Of a stretch of DNA of 64,000 bases, positions 13,425-26,007 are shown piece by piece. Below the pieces are notes generated by a model. The model had not been told where the DNA came from. It saw nothing but the letters and a program-made list of their open reading frames with translations, and ran no database searches. Each line of letters opens with the position of its first letter. Positions within the stretch are counted from its first letter, which is position 1. Source of the DNA: Trichoplax adhaerens. Taxonomy: Eukaryota; Animalia; Placozoa. The position numbers were made by a program, and so were the translations under genes. The stretch spans positions 2,262,987 to 2,326,986 of the forward strand of contig NW_002060943.1 in assembly GCF_000150275.1 (NCBI RefSeq). The letters run 5' to 3'.

Positions 13425-14371
13425 TAGCTCCGCTTACCTCGCGAGGTTGCCACTTGCTACTACGATTTCCAAAAATGTTCAAGTCAGAAAGCATGGTTTC
13501 ACACGGTGCGGTAAGCCAGTCCAGCCATACGGTGGCACGCTGCCCATGCAATGTATTTCACTGTCCGCATGGTAGTGATTGCGTATGTATAGTACTATAC
13601 CGTACAGTGGGAAGATGTAGCTACAGTATACTGTACTCTAGTGGTGACGTTACGGTACTACGGTACTGTGGAATTTGGATAGACAGTATAGTGCTGTAGA
13701 GTGGAAAAAAGCTCATGGGAAACTCCCCATTCTTCGGACTAGGGTATTGATTGATGAACTTAGAGGACTAGAAATTGAGCAAAGGCTTATGGCCTTAATG
13801 TCGACAAGCAGATTGAGACTCTTTCAAGGTTGCATACGAGTCTAATAATATTAGCCTAGGCATATCATTATTGGTAGTGTCCCGCAGTAACACGTACGAG
13901 TCACTGGCTAGTTCAAAATTTTTTTAATAGCTAATAATAACAATCAGTAGTATTAGAAGAGGTGTCAAACAGCTATGCCGACGACAGAATCGTCGGGTGA
14001 TAAATCAATTATCACTAACAGAATCAATACAACTACGCTACGATATCGATTAAAATTTTAAGGAATAAAAAAAGCCTGACACTAAGGCATGACAAGCATG
14101 ACAACTGCCTTTGTTATGATGCAGCAATTCCAGTATAATCATTATTATTGTTATTAATGATATGGCCTCTGCAATATATTCAAATAATAGCATGACATGG
14201 CCTAGTACTATATGATACGTACTCTCTATACCTTTACAGTACAATACAATTACTAAATCCTAATACCAGGGTTGTCAAAATGCAAGTATTTGTAGCAATT
14301 GATTAAATACGAGTAAAATAGTCAATGGCAATCTTCAAGTCTTGATATTGCTGTATCATTGACAGCTCCTT

Positions 14372-17300
14372 TTAACTCCAGACATCGCAAGAGTATTTAC
14401 CTTGTGAGGACATCTTCTTTACAAAGGCTTCTGCTTCTGAAGCAGTTTTATTACCTTTTGTCTTAATAACGTCCAGAAGTAGTTGATGAACATCACGAGC
14501 CATATTTCTAGCGTCACTAAAAAAAATACACGTACATACCATTATAACTTGAATACCGGTAGCTTGACCATTGAAGGCACTCTCATAATTATAATATAGA
14601 AATGTAAAGTTTACTGACATACCCGCAGACATATATATGACCCCCATCATTAATCACGTTCCACAGCTCTTCAGTATTTTCTCGTAATAAATGGGTTACA
14701 TATACCTTTTTATTCTGAAGTATACAACAGTAAATCCAAATTAATTTATAACAATCTAAGGAAAATCATATAATTCCTATAAAGAAACTAATAAGTTACC
14801 TGATCTCGTGAAAATGCTACATGCAATGCTGAGAGTGTTCCATCATTTTCAAATTCAGTCAATTCATTCTGGTATAGGTAATCGATTTTTTTGTTACGAC
14901 AGCCAAAATATAAAACACTCTTTCCAACTGGTTTATCTGCAATTGAAAAGGTGATGAGCTATAAATGTCGTAGCGATAGAAAAATTTTGCAACTCATGTA
15001 TGATATTGTTAAATCATGACCTTGCTTTTTCTGAAAGTTCCTTTCCTGAATAAATCCTCTAAATGGAGCCAAACCCGTTCCAGGACCGATCATTAGAATT
15101 GGTAATTGATGCTTTCTCGGTAACTTAAACTGAGATCGACGAACATAAATTGGTACACGAGGAGGATTCTCATCTAAACGAGTAACAAAATATATTATTA
15201 TTTATTATAATTTATAGTAAGTGAACAATATCTGAAATTGGTTATCTGACGTATTTTACCATTAGGTATTAGATTTTTCAACCAAGTTGTGGCAACTCCT
15301 TTATATTCGCGACCAGTTTTTGTAGTAAAATTAACCAAGACGGCAGTTACATGAATTGCAGTGGGATGGACCTGCAAAAGAAACAATAATGTAAATTGAT
15401 ATACTAGCTAGCAATATGCAAATAGTCATAAGGTTTAACATCAAAGACTATATTTTGCACTGGACGTACTTTAGAGGAAGATGATATCGAATAATAGCGA
15501 ACTTGGAGGCGGGGAGCCAACTCTAGAATCAAATCTAGGGGCGGTTTCAATGATGGTAAATCCTCTAAGACAGCCAGTATATTTCTTTGGCCCTTTAAAA
15601 TCCATTCACTATATTCTTTCTGAGAAATGAAGGACGAAAACTTGTCAATTGGGGTATCCAGTTCCAAAGTTGGCAATAACAATGTCGTATTATCATACCT
15701 TTCCTTCAGGTGTCGGTTTAGCTAGTAGTTTTAAAAATTCTTTCTCTTTGGGATCTTCAGTAAATTCAGTTAGCGCTTGAATAACGTGCGTACGAGGAAC
15801 GCCAGCTATGTCTACGTAATAGGTTAAGGCAGTACGATAGGTACATGGGCAGGGGAAAGGATGTTGTTTGCTGGCTTCCTCTAAACATTTTTGTCACAAA
15901 AGTTCAATATTAATAAGTAGAATGTTTCTCTTACGTGATTAGTACTGTATTATATGTGCATATATCTGTATTACCGTCAATGTTTTTAAGAGAAAAGACT
16001 GTATCTAGGTCAACGTTCAAGCGTTGACCAATTCGTTCTACTGTTTCGCTGTCATTTTTTGGATAAATTGCAACATGATCGCCAGCTTCATATCTATTTT
16101 ACATACAATCAAAATTAAGAATTTTCTGACTAAAAGTAAAGCCATAGCGATGTCTATTATACTATTTATAGTATAATAAATTGAGACGTAAGGTATTGCT
16201 CTACTTACTTGATCCCGGAATCAGTAATGTCAAGTTCGATATGCATGCAAGATCGATCGCCTCCTTCGTGTAGCTCTCGGTTGACCCTTATAGGAGCTAG
16301 GAAAGGATTCTTAGCATCAAATGGTCTGTAATATTAGAAGAATATAGAAGTCGTGTAAGATATTAATTTTCATATTACTATAAACGTAATTTGTAACGAT
16401 AAGATATACTATTAGCTCGCTTTTCATCATTTGTCAGTAAATTAAAAATATTTTCGAGTTGAAGGGCCAACCTCTTTTGTTTTTGAAAACTGTGTAGTCG
16501 CTGGGGTTCACCAGTAAAAATTTGGTCACTAGCCATATCATCATGAATTTCGAGATTATATTCTCTAAGCCTATATCCGCCAAAGACGATAAACAAGCTC
16601 TAATTATTAAACTTTAAAGTAGTAACAGTAAAGTAAAATCTGCAGCAGTCGAAAATCATCCCTACACAGTATCTTCGCCTAGTGGCTCTAATCCAAATCT
16701 TTCAGAGATAGATGTCCAAAATTTTTCTTTCCATGTGACAAAATCTTCCTCAATACTTTACACAAATGTCATAAATGTGAAATCAGTACTAAATATTTGG
16801 TGTATGGTATGTAATACGTAATGATAATGTAACCCATTGCTTTACCTTGTCAATATAAATTAAAGTTAGTACTTAGTTGTAATTATATGTCAATGATGGC
16901 TAATATATCTTATCAGCTTACTTTCCGTCATCATCGCCAAGTCCTAGATCAAAAATGCGCTCTGCTCCCAATTCAGACAATTTTTTATCAACATATTTTC
17001 CCATTGTGTTATAGTTTTCATAAGTCTTGTTACCTAATCCAAATACCTAAGTGTAACACAACGGCTAAATATTATGATCATCATCTTAAGTAGATATTCT
17101 ACTATTAGATAATTATCTCGTAGTCATAAAGTTAGAAATAGTTCGGATGCATGATTTAACTAATTTTGAAATTTTCAGTTTCTATTTTTTATTACCGCAT
17201 ATTTTAAATCTGATAGATTGTGTCCATCCTGTTGTAACCAATCATGAAATTCTTGAGAGTTGTCAGTAGGATCTCCTTCACCATATGTAGCCATGCAAAA

Positions 17301-19317
17301 GACAGCAAAGCCGTTTTCTACCTGCCCCATGTTTTCTAATTCTTCCTGTAAAGTACATGTTAATGATGACATTTAAGATTTTTTTGCATTGATAGGCATC
17401 GTAATTTCAAAAATAAAAATTGTTTATTATTATAGTACAACATAATGTTTAGTTGTATATCGGGTACGTCAACATAGTCAGATTTTACCATATCACACTC
17501 TTCTGGATCTCCAGTAATTGCTTTCAATCCATATCGTCTGGCATCTTTGGCCAAGCGTGTAGCAAATTCTTCAGCAGTACCAGTCTGTGAGCCAAAAAAA
17601 ACTACCATTTTTTTGCCCTAATACACAAAAATCAAAATTTACTTAGCATATGAAACACTCGCATTCTCTCGTACAGTCGTAGTGTACTGATGACATCACA
17701 CGATACCGATAGTGAGCAGTCTAAAGATTACAATTAATATAATAATTATAATCAGGCTGTAATTATCAAAGTCGCAATATTAGTTCATTATTTTAAGGCA
17801 ATAGGCATTAGCTAGGTTACTTACACCTTTGTTCATACGTCGAACGAAATTTGAATCAAATCCGACTCTTCCAGGTCTATAAATTGGAAGAGTTTTATTA
17901 GTTGCAAGGACAAACTAGGGCAATTGATGCAATTTATGTTTATATATTATATGCAATGTAGATGATATTATATAATTATCATATTTTTTAAGATTAACAT
18001 CAATGCACTAGAAGTTAATCTGCCTTTTTGAGATTGGGACGTCTAGCAGTAAATTATGCTATGTAAAAGATTAAATTCATGATTGCATTTTAGTGAAGAC
18101 AAATCTCTCAATTACAATGCATAGTCATTTCGTTACAGTTGTACGAGCATTTTATAGTGCTCTACCAATAATATTAAATTGGCATGTTGCACTGTAGCTT
18201 GGCAATTGTGTATGTAGAAATCATGAAACACTTCTATATAAGCTTGACGGTTGTTCTAAAAAGGCTTACGTTAAACTAGAATATCCAATTGTTATACGCA
18301 GTAATTGATGCTAATAGATATGGCTATTTATAGTTAATTTTATTTCTATATAGGTTAGTAATTGCTGGTCGATGAATAATTAAATTATTTGACCTTACAA
18401 CAGTATTAAGTAATCATTAATAATTGATAAGGTTATAAATAAGCTAATCACTGGCGATGTAATATTCAAACAGAAATCGTTTTGCATGATGAGTGTGTGT
18501 GGATAATGATATAGCAAGCGTTATTTTACACGACTAAGCTCTTATTCCTAATATTTCTACATGGCAGTGTATAGAATTATCCACATCCAACTGTGTACAG
18601 TTGTACGCACTGTACAAGCACATTGACTAAAATTTTCCTTGATTTCTATCTTGATCCGCTCAATTTTAAGTCACGTTGTCAACGAGCAAACACATCCTAC
18701 TGCAAGTGTTACGGTAAGTGAATAGTCGTTATTGATTGATTGATTATTTGACCGGTTAATTGATATTAAGATTGACTTGTATAGTATTAATAATGAATAA
18801 TTGGTTGATGATGGGATATCGTAGCAAGAGTTTGTTTTAACAATGTTAACTATAAGCAAGGACTACTAAAGGAGAATATGGCACTCTTTGAGCTGCATCT
18901 CGAGCGAGTTTGACTGAAATGCACTAGACTGATCTCTATCACATTCAACGTATCCATTACACGTATGTAAACTACCATATTACATGATGCTCCAAGTTGG
19001 TAGATACAAGATAGTAATCAATCGACTCCATCATGTTGGCGATGGGGCGCAATACGGATATAGCCTGTTGTCGACAACAGTATTTCGTATGATGGATAGT
19101 TGTAGTACGAAGATTGTCAGTCAATTTAGGTCAGGAAATGTGTTTGGGCAAGGCGATGTACTTACGTTACAACACTAAGCCTTTTGAATGACTCTGTTTC
19201 CACTTCAGGCTTCTTTCGGAAAAAAAGGAAATAAGCCACAGCGGCAACAGCGACTGCGATCACCACAATATCCGTACTGCCTAGCATGGCTGCACTACCT
19301 TCTGCTTCTTGGCTCAT
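14372..19317 (-). CDS. POR: NADPH-cytochrome P450 reductase; multi-exon
   Basis: N-terminal anchor [21 protein letters not shown]; FMN motifs [15 protein letters not shown] and [14 protein letters not shown]; FAD motifs RYYSISSS and GVATTWL; NADPH motifs [13 protein letters not shown] and YFGCR; C-terminal YSCDVWS*. Confidence 0.98.
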
Positions 19318-19544
19318 CGTTTTTGATTTTGAATTTGGAATGAAGAAACTTGAATAGTTGACGAATCCCAAATTGGCTTCAATAATTCCCAAGTGGACTC
19401 CGGCGTCCCTCTGCCTGCAATTTATAGATTCGGCACGATCGGGATACGATTGCGGCGGACGAGGTTGCAGTTTAATTGTTACCGCTTCGGAACGGTATGG
19501 TACGCTATTAACACGTCCTAACTGGTACACGTCAGGTGAATCCT

Positions 19545-19850
19545 GAATGACGCTGTACTGTACAGTGTACAGTACAGTAAAACGTACAGCAGAGCGTTGA
19601 GTACAGTATTGTACACTGTACAGTACAGTACTGTACAGTATACTGTAGTATCCTCTACAGTACTGTGTATTGTGTACAGTGTACTGTACATTGTAAATAA
19701 AGTCATTGATGGTGAAATACTGTACGAATTTGCACGTGTACACTGTACAGTGTACAGTGTACAGTACATCTTCCAGCTACGTGATGTACTGTACATACTG
19801 TACTGTACTGTACACTACTGTACAGTAATTGAATACTGCATTGTCTGAGT
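19545..19850. repeat. Low-complexity TACTG/TACAG (tactgtac/gtacagta) tract upstream of POR
   Basis: Dense imperfect run of tactgtacagtacagtactgtac-type pentamers in both orientations. Confidence 0.9.
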
Positions 19851-20094
19851 ACAAAGTAGGGATTGTATTGTATTGTATGTACTGTAGTAGTTCAGTCAAA
19901 CGCCCATCGTCTGCAAGGTCGAGGAATTCATCAATGAATTCATCAATGAATTAAGCGAATAATAATGGTCGGACTACAGTACAACGTAGGGATTGTATAG
20001 TATGTACTGTAGTAGTTCAGTCAAACGCCATCGTCTGCAACGTGGAGGGAATTCATCAATGAATTCATCAATCAATTAGGCGAACAATAATGGT
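19851..20094. repeat. Tandem duplication, 2 x ~130 bp, in the POR/RAD1 divergent intergenic region
   Basis: acaa(a/c)gtagggattgtat...tagttcagtcaaacgcc...gaattcatcaatgaattcatcaat...taatggt at 19851 and 19981. Confidence 0.92.
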
Positions 20095-20801
20095 ATTAAT
20101 TCAATTACTATATACTATGGGTACTATATATGGTAGTAGGCGATTATTTGCATCAGCATTTATTACTATAGATCCATGTTGTAAGTACTGTAATAAAACA
20201 GCACCATTAGTGATATGATGACGATTCTCTCTTTCTCTTTGCTGATTCATAGGGAACAGTCTACTGTACATGTACAATAATGTACATGCGGTACACTACG
20301 GTAGAGTACTGTACACGTAGAGTACGATGCAAGTTGATGACTAAGGATGCCTTATGTTGACAGGAACCAGTGATCAAACAATCAATCTTCTACCCAAAAT
20401 GAGACTGCTTATGTTTTATAGTTTTAACATCAACTACCAAGTGCTCAATCTGGATGAGATTGACCGCAGCTAGAGAGGAGACCTCTATGTATTTCCCAGT
20501 CCTTGAGTATACGTTTTAAATGACAAGTGGCAACACTGTCAAATGGCTAAAAATGTGCAGACTGCGCCATTTAGCAAATCATTTGAACTATATTGTATGG
20601 CTGCAACTGTACAATATATTGATACTGTCCGTGACTATAATGATCATCCAGCTGCCTGGTTGCTTTTGCTAGGGATTTCTAAAAAAGAATTCCTCGAAAA
20701 ATTGGAGGTTCTGCCAGTTTGGCTATGAACCATTAAAGGCCTTCAAGAGTCCACTACTATATACCGCCATGAAATTAGGAGTCTTCTGTACAGCACATAC
20801 C

Positions 20802-20819
20802 GGGGGGGGGGGGGGGGGG
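20802..20819 (+). repeat. G18 homopolymer upstream of RAD1
   Basis: 18 consecutive G in an otherwise AT-rich region. Confidence 0.9.
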
Positions 20820-21158
20820 CTTCAACCCAAATACGGCAGCGGTTATACAGACGTACAGACGTGCCTATCTAGCTGCATTTTATAAGTGCAACCGTATTGA
20901 CCAATGTACGCAGGTCTTAGGAGACTACTGCAAAAGCCTGTCTATAATTTTGCTTTTGCACCTCCACTTCTTAACGAATGGTAGACAGTGGAGAAATTCT
21001 ACAGATTAACTTGATAATTATGTTGACGTACAGCATTGTAAATTTGTAATACATTTCATTCATTCTCTTGAATCAGAGTAAAAGTGAACGTTGTATCATA
21101 TCTGATAGAAGAAATACTGTACCGGCATTCTAGCCTACGTGCGCACTGCATAGATGCC

Positions 21159-23362
21159 ATGACGTTAGTGGCCAAACTAGATAACGTTAAAAACATTACC
21201 AGCTTGCTCAAAGCTATCCATTTCAATGAGGTACGAAGTGCGATTAACTTTTATTTAACTGATACAGTATCACTTGTGTGACGTAGTATACAATGTCTAA
21301 CTGCAAATGGATACTATTGCATGAGAAAATTTCACTCGTATGCGATACAGTAATGTAGGATTGAATTGATGATTTCTGCATACTTATAACTGTGCATGCT
21401 TCGAAATAGTGTAAATTAGGTATATTAGACGCGTATACGTTATTGATAAGTACGAAAGTCGCACTACGTGTATATTGAATGTTTAGGCTATCTATAATTA
21501 TCTTCTTTACTATTACAGCTTGCAACCTGTTTTCTCAGCAGCAACGGTATAAAAGTAACTGTCGAAGAAGCTCATTGTGTTCAAGCTAATGCCTTTATCC
21601 AAGCTGCTATCTTTCAAGAATATTCATGCAAAGAAGATGGAGAAATTTTTACTATTAATTTGACTGTATTGTTGGTAAATAGATAGGACTTGATAACTTA
21701 AGCTATAATATTGTAATTTCGTCATTAGTAATCGTAATTATATAAAAATATTACCGTACAGTATGTACAGTATACCTTGTATTTAATGCCATTCGATTGC
21801 AATCGCGAAATAGCTCTTGACAGGATAGCTTTACTGTATATATGAGTAGCAGTTAATTACATTGCAACACATATTGTTGATATTGTACTGTACAGTAGAC
21901 TACTGTATCTGAGGATCAACACTTTGCAGAAAATACCATTACAAGATACGAAATTATGGAAGTAAAGGCATTTTAATTTATCATGATTAGGAATGTCTAT
22001 CCATCTTTGGCAATTCGTCTCCAAACACAACAGCTGCAATGAAAATGTGTTATAATGGCTATGGAAATCCATTAATACTGATGTAAGAGATGCATAGAGT
22101 CCTTGCTCTACTACAGCTTACTCGATACAAAATAAGCATTAAAATTGTATTAACTGCAAAAGGCTAGTCAATTACAACACATTAGAAACCTCTATCATGC
22201 AGTGTTGCCAATAATTGTATATCGAGTTTTTCATTGGTTTTGTCCGTTGAGCTAGTAGTATGGGTATTTTACAATTGAAATTTGAAACTCTATCTTGAAT
22301 ATGTTTGCACGTCGTTCTAGGCTAGAAGAAAATGAAGTTCTTACAGATTGTAACATTCAGACTCAAGAATCTTCGGAAATCTTAGATTTCAATTTCTTAA
22401 GTACCAATGTTATTAATAAAATTATTATGAAGGTAAAATACTTTTAGCCTATCTACTCTATAATGCTATTCAGATACTAGTTCATCATTGAACATAAGTC
22501 GGTTGAAATCTTTTGGTAGTTGTTGTATATTTAGATGTAGTGAATTGCTTTACGGAAAAGATTCTATATTGGTGATGTCAGATTTTTGAAAGAAAAATAA
22601 TTAATTTCATATCGTTAATTACAGTCAGAATGCCTGAAAGAAGCATTTAGTGAGCTTGATATGACAAGTGAAGTGATAGAAATCCTTATGTCTCCAACAA
22701 CACCTTATTTTCGCTTATCAACTTTTGGAGATTATGGCGATATTCATGTAAACATCAATTTCTACATGAGTTACTTAATATCAACATTCGAATGATTTGA
22801 ATGATAAAATTGATGTTATATTAATGTTTTAGTTTGATTATCCAAAAGATTCCGAAATGGTAGAATCTTTCGAATGCCGTCAATTACAAATTAACAAGTA
22901 ATAATTATAATATATGTTAAAGATAGGTGTAAATTTTTCGTTGCTAAAAAATTGCTCACCAAGTTAACTCTCTTTGTTAAATATTTTTAATTTAGATATA
23001 AAATTACTCTGATAAAGCCTTCAGTGAAAGCCTTAACATTATCCAGCAAGATATCAATTCGTATGGATAATCGTGGATTTTTATCTCTGCAATTTATGAT
23101 TCAAAATGACGATAATCAAATATCATTCGTTGAGTATTTAGTAAGTTCTTGTTTCAACATTGGATCTTCTTTGACTAATCATGATGATAAACAATTGATA
23201 CTACATCATTAGATATTGGTAGTAACTGCTGTAGTTATGCTTAATGATATGAACGTACCATATTTACAGTTCAGCTAGTTGTTAGTTGAAAAGTCCTTGA
23301 GACTAACTATGTTTATTCTAATTTAGTGTGCACCAAACGAAGACGATGAAAACGATGAATAG
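21159..23362 (+). CDS. RAD1: Checkpoint clamp (9-1-1) subunit RAD1; multi-exon; an additional short upstream coding exon is possible
   Basis: MTLVAKLDNVKNITSLLKAIHFNE|LATCFLSSNGIKVTVEEAHCVQANAFIQAAIFQE...SECLKEAFSELDMTSEV...PYFRLSTFG...FDYPKDSE...KISIRMDNRGFLSLQFMI...FVEYL|CAPNEDDENDE*; closely matches animal RAD1. Confidence 0.96.
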
Positions 23363-24480
23363 AGCGATGATATGGTTGCTATTATTATTTCTACTTTGGT
23401 TTCGATGTTGTGCGTTATGTCGCCGCCGAAAAACTGTTGCTCTTTGTAACTTGAGCTGTGTATAGATTGTACAATCAATTGACCTGGTATAAAAATGATA
23501 TCTTTAGCAAGATTTTAATTAGTAATTATATTGCTTTTGATAACATTCTCTATGAAAGCGTAGTTGCCAAAAAAGGAATTATCAAAAGTATTTACTTACT
23601 ATTAGTTTTCTTTATTTATTTCGACTAGTTTGTTTGTAGATACTTTTTATTAAATTTACGACTTGTTGAATACTTTGTAAGAAATATACTTCACATACGA
23701 TCTTACTGTAAATCTGATACCGTTTATACCCGTACTTACTTGTATCTAGTACCAATATAATTTCTAGGATCATTGTAATGGATCATTATAAATATGTGGG
23801 ATTGCTCTATTATTTTTCTCATAACATCGTTGTTGTAAATATACTTATACCTCGTACAATACAGATTGAGTTACAGTATGCAAGACCTCTAGTGCATAGC
23901 AGATATATTTCTAGTTCCCCATAATAAACTTGAAACAAAGCGAATATTACGCGTATGTATTCAATTTATAGGGTTATAGCTACTGCTGTTGTTTTAATAA
24001 TATTGCCTAGCTAGTTGATCGTATGTGTGCACTTCCTGGTCCCGCTTTGCAATTGATTTGCCTTGGGTAATCTTAGTGTAGCTTTATAAGATCCTTAGAA
24101 AAGTATATTTGGCGAATTTGGTTTTATATACAGTACAGTAGACTCGTTGTAAAATGATTTTATTATGTTTTGTGATAGTGCATGTTCATATGTATAGTTA
24201 AAGTTGTGAAGCTATCGACGTTTTGTCTCTGCATTGTATTTATCACATACACGTATACGGAAAATATTTGTTACTTTTAGATTGAATACTGCAAAAACAA
24301 TAATATTCCAAGTTTGCCCCGTATTTTGATGAAATTAAAGATTATATATATAGAATGAACCTTAAGCTACGTATAAATTCAGAGGTTCAAAGTTTCAAAT
24401 CGCTGACTTATAAAATTTAATCTTCAGGCAAGACTTGAAATCGCGTAATATTAAAGATACACAGTGCGACTACTTTAGCT

Positions 24481-25044
24481 ATGGCCAAGTTAGCTTTCAT
24501 TTCAGTTATATCGGTTAGCATTTTATTACTATGTCTGATCAAGCATTCAGCAACTTCGTCCTGTAATGGCAAGTTGACTGCAGATTGCAATAAAATGACT
24601 CGAGTATGCAATCAGGAACTATCTTGGAGGGCTACCAAAGAAGAAATTGAATTTACGATTACAGCAAAGACAGATAAATGGCTTGGCGTTGGTGTTTCTA
24701 AAGATCAGTTAATGCCATTTACAGATACCTACGTAGGATGGACAGCAAGAGGTAAAACTTACTTATCCGATCGCTACATCGGTCAGTACAGGACAGCTCC
24801 TACGCTCGATAGTAATCAAAATGTATTTAATGTTAACGGATCTTACGCCAATGGCTACTCAAGTTTAAGCTTTAAGCGACCCATTACAACAGGTGATAGC
24901 AACGATATTTCAGTCAATGGTTGCAGATACTTTTTCCTAGCAATAGGTGGTTCATTTAATGAGGCGACAAAGCAAATTGACCGTCACGTTTCCACACCTA
25001 TCGCTACTCCACAAGCGATTTGTATCGATCCATCGAAATGTTAA
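24481..25044 (+). CDS. Secreted stand-alone DOMON-domain protein (heme-b binding class, related to FRRS1/Skeletor-type DOMON); single exon, 187 aa
   Basis: Hydrophobic signal peptide, then SW...EFTITAKTDKWLGVGVSKDQLMPFTDTYVGW...LSDRY...NGYSSLSFKRPITTGDSND...IDRH. This is the DOMON pattern W-x-G-x-G-x-S...M...D and FxR...D, with the conserved Met and a C-terminal His. Confidence 0.85.
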   Translation: MAKLAFISVISVSILLLCLIKHSATSSCNGKLTADCNKMTRVCNQELSWRATKEEIEFTITAKTDKWLGVGVSKDQLMPFTDTYVGWTARGKTYLSDRYIGQYRTAPTLDSNQNVFNVNGSYANGYSSLSFKRPITTGDSNDISVNGCRYFFLAIGGSFNEATKQIDRHVSTPIATPQAICIDPSKC

Positions 25045-26007
25045 TGAGCTCATAAATAATTCCTATATGAGAAGTTGTAGTAGATTATCTGAAGCTCATG
25101 AAAATTTTGTGAAGCTATTATTTTGTGTTTCAATATAGGCTAATGATTTAATATTCATTTATTACAAGCTAATGGAATTGATTATTAATGTTAATTATAT
25201 CTGTCATATTATAATCGTCTTGAGGACTTATTTCGTTATGCTCATGATATAGTTCAAGCATGTCGAAATTCATGCTATATTGATTGATTTGCATTTAATG
25301 GATGTAATGATTTACGTGCATGTATGATATGAATAAGGAATCGAGTAAAGTACAGTAGTTACGAGAAGATTGATTGCTCTTATTTCATTATATTACCCAT
25401 GAAATTTGCAGTGGCTACAAGGAACTTCCTCATCCACCCGGTGTAACCCCTTAATCTACTATATGACATGCTGATGCTATCTCTTTGCTTACATTGATAT
25501 CATTGTTGATGAAATGATGATCGCGGCGTTATGTGTATTTGTGTAAATGAAATCTGTAGCTATCAGTGGAGCTTAATTTGCTGATGAATGAATAAATAGT
25601 CAATATTAAAGCTATACCCTACTGGTATTTTTTATGATTATGAGCTCATTGGTGTAGCTGTAGCTGCCTTGCAATGTAGCGGCTGTGAATTTTATGCTTT
25701 TAGGTGTCCTATTCGCTATGCTAGAGGTTTGCACTGTGCAATGAGCATAGGAATTCTAAGCATACAGCAGGGCTTAATAACTCGTTCTAATATCTGTGAG
25801 TAAGGGACTATCCGCGTTGAGAAGGAGTTCTTTAATGAGCGAGTCTACGTAATAGCAATACTGTTGTATACTGTACGACGGACGACAGTACAGTAGTATA
25901 CTAAGCAGCGCAAGTTGCAGTATGGAGTAGAGACATTTGACATTAGTAATAAAATATTATAGAACTGCTGCAGTATACAGTTCAACTTTCTGTATATCAA
26001 GGAACAC

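Noticed and set aside
19318-19848. Long Y/C/T/V-rich ORFs, including an apparent 140 aa N-terminal extension of POR; similar ORFs at 61514-62578
   Set aside because: By-products of stop-poor TACTG/TACAG low-complexity DNA; POR has a normal start at 19317 before its membrane anchor.
20460-20800. Short ORFs upstream of RAD1, possible pseudogene fragment
   Set aside because: No recognisable motif or splice structure in any frame.
25510-25590. C/D-box snoRNA-like arrangement (ATGATGA ... CTGA, ~72 nt)
   Set aside because: No terminal stem, intergenic position, and the GCTTAATTTG segment matches 18S rRNA in the sense rather than antisense orientation; an Rfam/snoscan hit would be needed.
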